From the human T2T-CHM13v2.0 reference genome, Homo sapiens: a DNA stretch of 64,000 nucleotides. The notes below the pieces were generated by a model that saw nothing but the letters and a program-made list of their open reading frames with translations, had not been told where the DNA came from and made no database searches. Position numbers and translations under genes: made by a program. This document shows positions 39,129 through 64,000 of this stretch, in pieces. The number at the start of each line of letters is the position of its first letter. The first letter of the stretch is position 1. The stretch lies in the NCBI RefSeq assembly GCF_009914755.1, contig NC_060932.1; one strand, written 5' to 3'.

Positions 39129-39357
39129 CTAAAAAGGGGAAAAGATATTTAACATATTAAAATCTTAAGGTATTAATAAAAGTGTAGTCAAGACAATTAT
39201 AGTTAAAATAATGAATTTTAAATAACAATTTACAGATAACAGCTTTCAAAACAAAATTCATTCAGATTTATTGTATTACAAAAAAGAACCACCGCCATAG
39301 ACCCTAAAGTAGTTCTCCCCAGAGAATCTTTTTTAAAAAAATTTTTTTGCTATCTTA

Positions 39358-43383
<4,026 letters not shown>

Positions 43384-43639
43384 TGAGCCAATTAATTTTA
43401 GAATACCTTTCCAAAAATGAAGAACAGAAATAGTAATAGTATAGTTTAGTTATAATGGGCAATACTGTTTTTCAAATGTAGATGTAACCATCTATATGTT
43501 AAGGTGGATTTGAATAAAATAAGAGAGTTATGTATGCTCCTTTCCTGTTTTTGGAAGACGGAGGTAAATGGCTGGGGTTGAGAGGGGCTTGATACGTTTT
43601 GATTCTTTGACCACAGGATGATGATGATGATGATAATAA

Positions 43640-43855
43640 TAAATGGGAGCTACATGATGAGAACATATGGACACAAAGAGGGGAACAACACACACTTGGG
43701 CCTTTCGGAGCATAGAGGGTGGGAGGAGGGAGGATCAGGTGGGTGCTAGGCTAAATATCTGGGTGATGAAATAATCTGTGCAACAAATCCCCATGACACA
43801 AGTTTACCTAGGTAACAAACCTGCACTTGTACCCCGAACTTAAAAATAATAGTAA
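43640..43855 (+). mobile_element. L1PA-type 3' end fragment
   Basis: TGGGAGCTA..ATGAGAACA..TGGACACAAAGAGGGGAACAACA...GTAACAAACCTGCAC...AACTTAAAATA. Confidence 0.8.
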
Positions 43856-44197
43856 TAATTTGCCACATGAATCTGTTATAAAAATATAGAGAAAAATTTA
43901 CCACAAATATCAGAAAAAAATTCTATTTTGGAAGGTACTTTTCTGAGGATGATCCATTTCAAATGGCTGTGTTATAGTCAGAATTTTAATTTTGTGAACA
44001 GCTAGAATTCTAATAACAACAACAAACATTTGCTAAGTATTTATTAGGTACCAGATCATTTGCTAACTGCTATACATCCACCATCTCCTTTGATCCTCAC
44101 AATCACCCTGACATTATCATACCCACTTTACAAATAAACTGACACTTAGAAGTCAGAGTGTAATACATCCAGAATTTGATCTCAAATGTTCTGACTC

Positions 44198-44990
44198 TGA
44201 TACAGAAAGGAGGCAGGTAAATACTAGGCAGAAAAGGGCAAGGTCCCTAGTGGAGGCCCACCCTCAAGCCTGGACCCGCGGCCCAAAGTGAGAACATGTA
44301 TTCCTGTTTTTCCGCTCAAATGTTGCTTTTTGGCCTGCCCTGCCCCCCATCCTGTACCCATAAAAACCCCAGGCAGACCAGCAGACTGGCAGAGTGGCAG
44401 AGAACGAGAGAAGAGAAGAAACAGCTGGATGTCAGAGAAAAGTAGCTTGACTTCAAAGGGATGGCTTGACGGGGGTACTTCAGGGAAGAGTTTGGCCGGG
44501 GACAGCTGAACTCCAGGGGAAGACCACCTTTCCAGTCCATCCCCTTTCCAGCTCCCCACCCCACTGAGAGCCACCTCCACCACTCAAAAAAATCCTCCAC
44601 ATTCACCACCCTTCAATTTGTTCGTGCAACCTGATTCTTCCTGGATGCCAGAGAAGAACTTGGGTACCAAGAGGGTGGGTGCAAAAGGCTGTCACCCTGA
44701 CCCTTCAATGAGCTGTTAAGCACTTAAGCTATTTGTGGAGGGGAAAGATAAAAGGGCACACTGTTAACACATGCCCTCTGGGGCCCTGGGGGCCACAGGT
44801 ACCCCCCTAGATGCTGCTGCAGGGCCGCACAGAGTTCTACTCCTGCTGGTGCCCAGAAGCACTCATCCCGGCCCCTGTATCTGCTGACCTGTGTGCTGCC
44901 TGTCCCATGAAGGGTTGAGAGCTGCGGGCTAAGTAAGCAAGCCAACCCCTTCACAAGCCCCTCGGGGGTCAAGGGAACTATCCCGTTTCA
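44198..44990 (+). mobile_element. ERV1 solo LTR (LTR1/LTR27/LTR28-like), inserted into a MIR
   Basis: TGATAC...CCCGTTTCA termini, 4-bp TSD ACTC on both sides, CCCATAAAAACCCC TATA region; 793 bp. Confidence 0.85.
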
Positions 44991-45054
44991 ACTCCAGAGC
45001 TCTAAACTACCTCTTAATGATAAATACCACATGTAACATTCTAGGAAATATGAC

Positions 45055-46475
45055 AACTCTATTGAGATATAGTTCACATACAATTCACCCATTTTAAATG
45101 TATAAACAAATGGTTTGGGACATATATATATAGTTTTTTTTTTTAGAGACAGAGTTTCCCTCTATCACCCAGGCTGCAGTGTGGTAGTGCAATCATAGCT
45201 CACTGCGATCTGGGTTCAACAGATCCTTCCACCTCAGCCTCCCAGTGCTGGGATTACAGGCATGAGCTACTGTGCATAGCCAGTTTTTAGCGTATTCACA
45301 AAGTTGTGGAACTTTTAGAACAGTTTCATCACCCCAAAAAGAAACCCTGAACCTTAGCAGTCATTCCCTCTACCTCATTCCCAGCCCTAGGGAAGCCACA
45401 GATTCACTCTCTGTTTCTCTAAGTGTTCCTATTCTGGATATTTCACTATATGCTCTTTTGTGACTGGCTTCTTTCACATGGCATAATGTTTTCAAGGTTC
45501 TTCCATGATGTAACAAGTACCAATACTTTACTACTTTTTATTGCCAAATAATATTTCACTGTATGGCTATAACACATTTTATTTATCCAATCATCAGTTG
45601 ATGGACATTTTAGTAACTTCCATTTTAGGCTATGATGAATAATGCACCTATGAACATTTGTGTACAAATTTTGTGTGGACATATGTTTCCATTTATCTTG
45701 TGTATACACCTAAGAGTAGAACTGCTGGATCATATAGTAACTCTACATTTAACCTTTTGAGGAACTGCCAAAGTTCCCAAGTGGCTGCATCATTTTTACA
45801 TTCCTACCAGCAATGTATGAGGGTTCCAATTTCTCTACATTCTCGCCTACAATTCTTATTATGTGACTTTTGGACCACAGCCAGGCTAGTGAGTATGAAG
45901 TATTATACCATCCCATTTTTCTTTTGATTTGCATTCCCCTGATGACTAATGATGTTTAGCATCTTTTCACGTGTGATTGGCCATTTATATATTTTCTCTG
46001 GAGAGAAATTTATTCATATCTTTTGCCCATTTTTAACTGTTATTTGTCTTTTTTGTTTAGTTGTAAGAGTTCTTTATATTCTAGATACAAATCCATTCTC
46101 AGATACATGTTTGCAAAAATTTTCTCCCATTCTGTGGTTGTGTATTTACTTTCTTGATAGTATAATTTGTAGCACAGAAGTTTGCTTTTTATTTTTTTCT
46201 CTTGTTATTTATGCTTTTATTTTTGTATCTAAGATTATGCCTAATCCAAGGTCAATACAGTTTATGCTTATGTTTTCTTCTAAGAGTTTTCTAGTTTTAG
46301 CAGGTAAACTTAGGTCTTTGATCTATTTTGAATTAATTTTGTATATGGTGTGAGGCAGAGGTCAAACCTGAGGTAGACATCAAACTTCAATATTTTGCAT
46401 GCTAATATCTAATTGTCTGAGGACCACTTGTTGAAAAGACTATTCTTTCCCCGCTGAATTGTCTCAGCAACACAG
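45055..46475 (-). mobile_element. L1MB-like 3' portion (FLAM inserted at 45134-45282)
   Basis: TGACTGGCTTCTTTCAC...CATTCCTACCAGCAATGTATGAGGGTTCC...TTGTTGAAAAGACTATTCTTTCCC. Confidence 0.8.
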
Positions 46476-46797
46476 TTAACATTTAAAAAATAATTTCAAA
46501 CTAGAAACAAAACTATTTTGAAAATAGTAAAGATAGCCATCCCCATGCCACCCCCTTATCCTTCAACCCCCTCCCACACACAAAACACAACTGAAGGAAA
46601 TTATTTGCAGTTGCATGGAAGATAGTGCATATTGATCCAGATTACTGGAATCCCCATAATCCATCCTAATTAAATACTAACTTCTAAAAACCACTAATTA
46701 GTATCAATATATTTCAGAAAGTAGAATTTAAAAAAAGAAGAAAATAAAACAAAGTAGAATGAAATGAAAGATAAAAAGTTTAAAAGGGATGTAAAAA

Positions 46798-54070
<7,273 letters not shown>

Positions 54071-54512
54071 CAAGTTGGAAGGAAAAAAAAGTGTATGAGG
54101 AAGAGATGAAAACAACAAGATTATGCAATTAATGCCTACAGTGGCCAGGTAGGTGAAATAGATAAGCCAGAACGGTAAATCTGGGGCCGAAAGCATTAAC
54201 ATAAAATCTTTGAAAAAAATGTGTGAAGTCCAAACACATGGCCTGGCAACCTCTCTCCTAAGACCACTCTGAAGATACAGACATACACTTGTACACAAGT
54301 CTATCTTTACAAACAATGTATGCACAATGTGAAAGAAGCTAAATGTATAATGAGCTGTATCCTAGAACTTAGAAAGCAATAAGATATACGCTAAATATGG
54401 CCAAACATAACAACAACAACACAAACATTATCTGGTTCTGGAATACTAGCATTATAAACAAATCTGCTTCTGATTTCACAATTTGTCTTTAGTTGTTAGG
54501 AATCATACACAT

Positions 54513-56380
<1,868 letters not shown>

Positions 56381-57223
56381 AGATATTTTTGAAAGTAAAA
56401 TACAAAATTGTAAATATAAATTTTATATTTATATTAAAACCAAGAAATAAACAGAAGGGGCTATTTCAGTACTTATTTCAGTAAGAAATTTCAAATAAAA
56501 AGTAAAGAATGATCATCACTGTTGAAGAAATCAATAAAGAATGGCAGGAACATAACAGTTACTATGGCTGTTTTTATTTGCTTTATAGTTTACATTCTAA
56601 TCTGCTAATGTATACATACTACTTTTATAATCAGGAAGTTTTTAATTTTTAACACAAAAAATTAACTTTTGTCTTCCCTACATGAAGATTATATTGTTGG
56701 ACCTGAGCTCTGAATAGTTGTGACTGACACTGCTAATTAATCACTATGTACTTACAACATCTCAGAGTTCTAATCCCACCTCACATTCATAAACAGGGTA
56801 TGACTTTATGTGGCAGTTGGCTAAACTTACCTTCACTATACCAGCTTAAAGTAGACAAGTTTTAGAAGACTTGACAATTAAAGTTTCAGTTAATCAAAAC
56901 ATTTACTTATAAACATTTACTAATGATGCAGTACTACTAGAATAGCTATATTTAAGGATGGACACACAGAAGTTTAATATTAATAAGAGTCCACAAATAA
57001 AGAAATATTAATAACCACTAGTGGTGGCTCTGATTGCTGAGCTTACTATTAAACCTCACTTGGATAAATTATTTCTATGATGATAACCTTTCATTTCGTT
57101 ATTGTCAATGTTGTCCTAAATGCACTTAATATTTTCTAAAATATTCTAGTATAGCATTTATTTGGAAGACATATCAAAAAAAGATAGGGTGGTATTTAAT
57201 TTTTTTGATAAGAATCCAAACAG

Positions 57224-57341
57224 GGCTGGTCTAAAGGTAGTGAGTTATCTCAACTGACTGTTCAGTTACAGTTGGAACTGCTTATTCTACCATTTCTCCC
57301 CTTCTCACTACCTGCACTTGACTAGTCCAAACAAACAAAAA
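57224..57341 (+). pseudogene. Y1 RNA (RNY1)-derived processed pseudogene
   Basis: GGCTGGTCTAAAGGTAGTGAGTTATCTCAA...CTTCTCACTACCTGCACTTGACTAGTC matches hY1, with substitutions and a small internal deletion. A-rich tail and degenerate AAGAAT...AGG flanking repeats. Confidence 0.9.
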
Positions 57342-57956
57342 CCACAAGAATGAATAGGTGCCAAAATGGTGAACTCCTCAGAACTGACCAACTGATTAAT
57401 AAGAAAAATCACATCTCTTAGGTACTTTACATACCTAGTTATTCCTAATTTAAACAGGCAAATCACTTACTCTACTGCAGTGTTTGTCAACCTTGTTTTC
57501 ATTATCTCCCCCTAAGGAGCCTTTACAGGCATTATTTTCCTAGTCCTCCCCATGTCCTCATGATATTTGAATTACACAGATATACCTTATATCTGCTTAT
57601 GTACTGTATATACATCTTAGTTTTATATATTAATCATAAGATTTTTTCACCCTTCCTCCTCCAAGAACAAATTTTTACCCCCTTCAAAGCAATATGGCCC
57701 CACTGTTCCATTGCTTTAAGGGAAATACCATGTAAGCCTCTATTATCTACCAAGCTCTGAGCAGGCTCTTCACATAGTTTCATTAACTCATCACAACTAA
57801 GCTCTACAGACAAGGAAACAAGCTCAGAGAGCTTAAATAACTCTTCCAAGATCACACAGCTAGTAAGTGGGAGAGCCAGGATTTGAATCCTGTGTATCAG
57901 TCCAAAGCTTATACCCTCCTTTCCATTGACATTAAACCTCTACTGAAGGTCAAATT

Positions 57957-63690
<5,734 letters not shown>

Positions 63691-64000
63691 AAATATACAA
63701 TCCCCATGTATATATTTGATTCTTAATCAAATGAGAAGTTCTAAAATGCTGTGTTGGTCCTATTTGGGGATTTTATAATTTTTATGTATTTAGAAAATAA
63801 AGCTGGAGATCTGCTGATGAAAGCTAAAAAGTATGGAACTCCTTCAGCTGAAAGCCTGCAGGTAAGTTAATGGAGGGCAAGCACTGACTTTCATTTATCT
63901 TTGTACACTCAACATACATACAAGTTCATAGTATACACTGATTTTGCTGAAATAATTGCATTCATTAATCCAACAAGCATTTACTTGGTACCTACTATGT

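Noticed and set aside
45446-46353. ORFs with L1-like peptides, including a hydrophobic 134-aa frame
   Set aside because: Degenerate L1 remnant; the hydrophobicity comes from the T-rich antisense strand.
63840-63870. Perfect + strand donor CAG|GTAAGT
   Set aside because: Isolated motif antisense to VCPIP1 with no supporting exon structure.

Overview
Human (primate) genomic DNA, recognisable as the 8q13.1 MYBL1/VCPIP1 locus. Both genes are on the minus strand, in tandem. The left part holds MYBL1 (A-MYB) coding exons 1-5 (N-terminus plus Myb repeats R1, R2 and most of R3) and its TATA-less CpG-island promoter (~16.1-17.9 kb), which carries CHR, CCAAT, NRF1, ETS and MYB motifs. The right part holds VCPIP1 exon 2 (87 nt), its terminal coding exon and a long AU-rich 3' UTR with several poly(A) signals; VCPIP1 exon 1 lies beyond the window. 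The rest is dense in repeats: ~60 Alus including a near-pristine AluYc1-type insertion, L1/L2/MIR fragments, an LTR1-family solo LTR, LTR41 and MLT1 LTRs, hAT and Tigger relics, and a Y1-RNA retropseudogene. Nearly all ORFs in the supplied track are Alu or GC-rich artefacts. I see no convincing new gene system. The best leads are regulatory: an overlapping uORF whose stop codon is supplied by the first codon of MYBL1 exon 2, a candidate poison exon in MYBL1 intron 1, a 5'-UTR G-quadruplex, a splice donor regenerated at the VCPIP1 exon 2/3 junction, and a palindrome-containing 43-bp tandem duplication. Repeat family names are recalled from consensus sequences and repeat boundaries are approximate.
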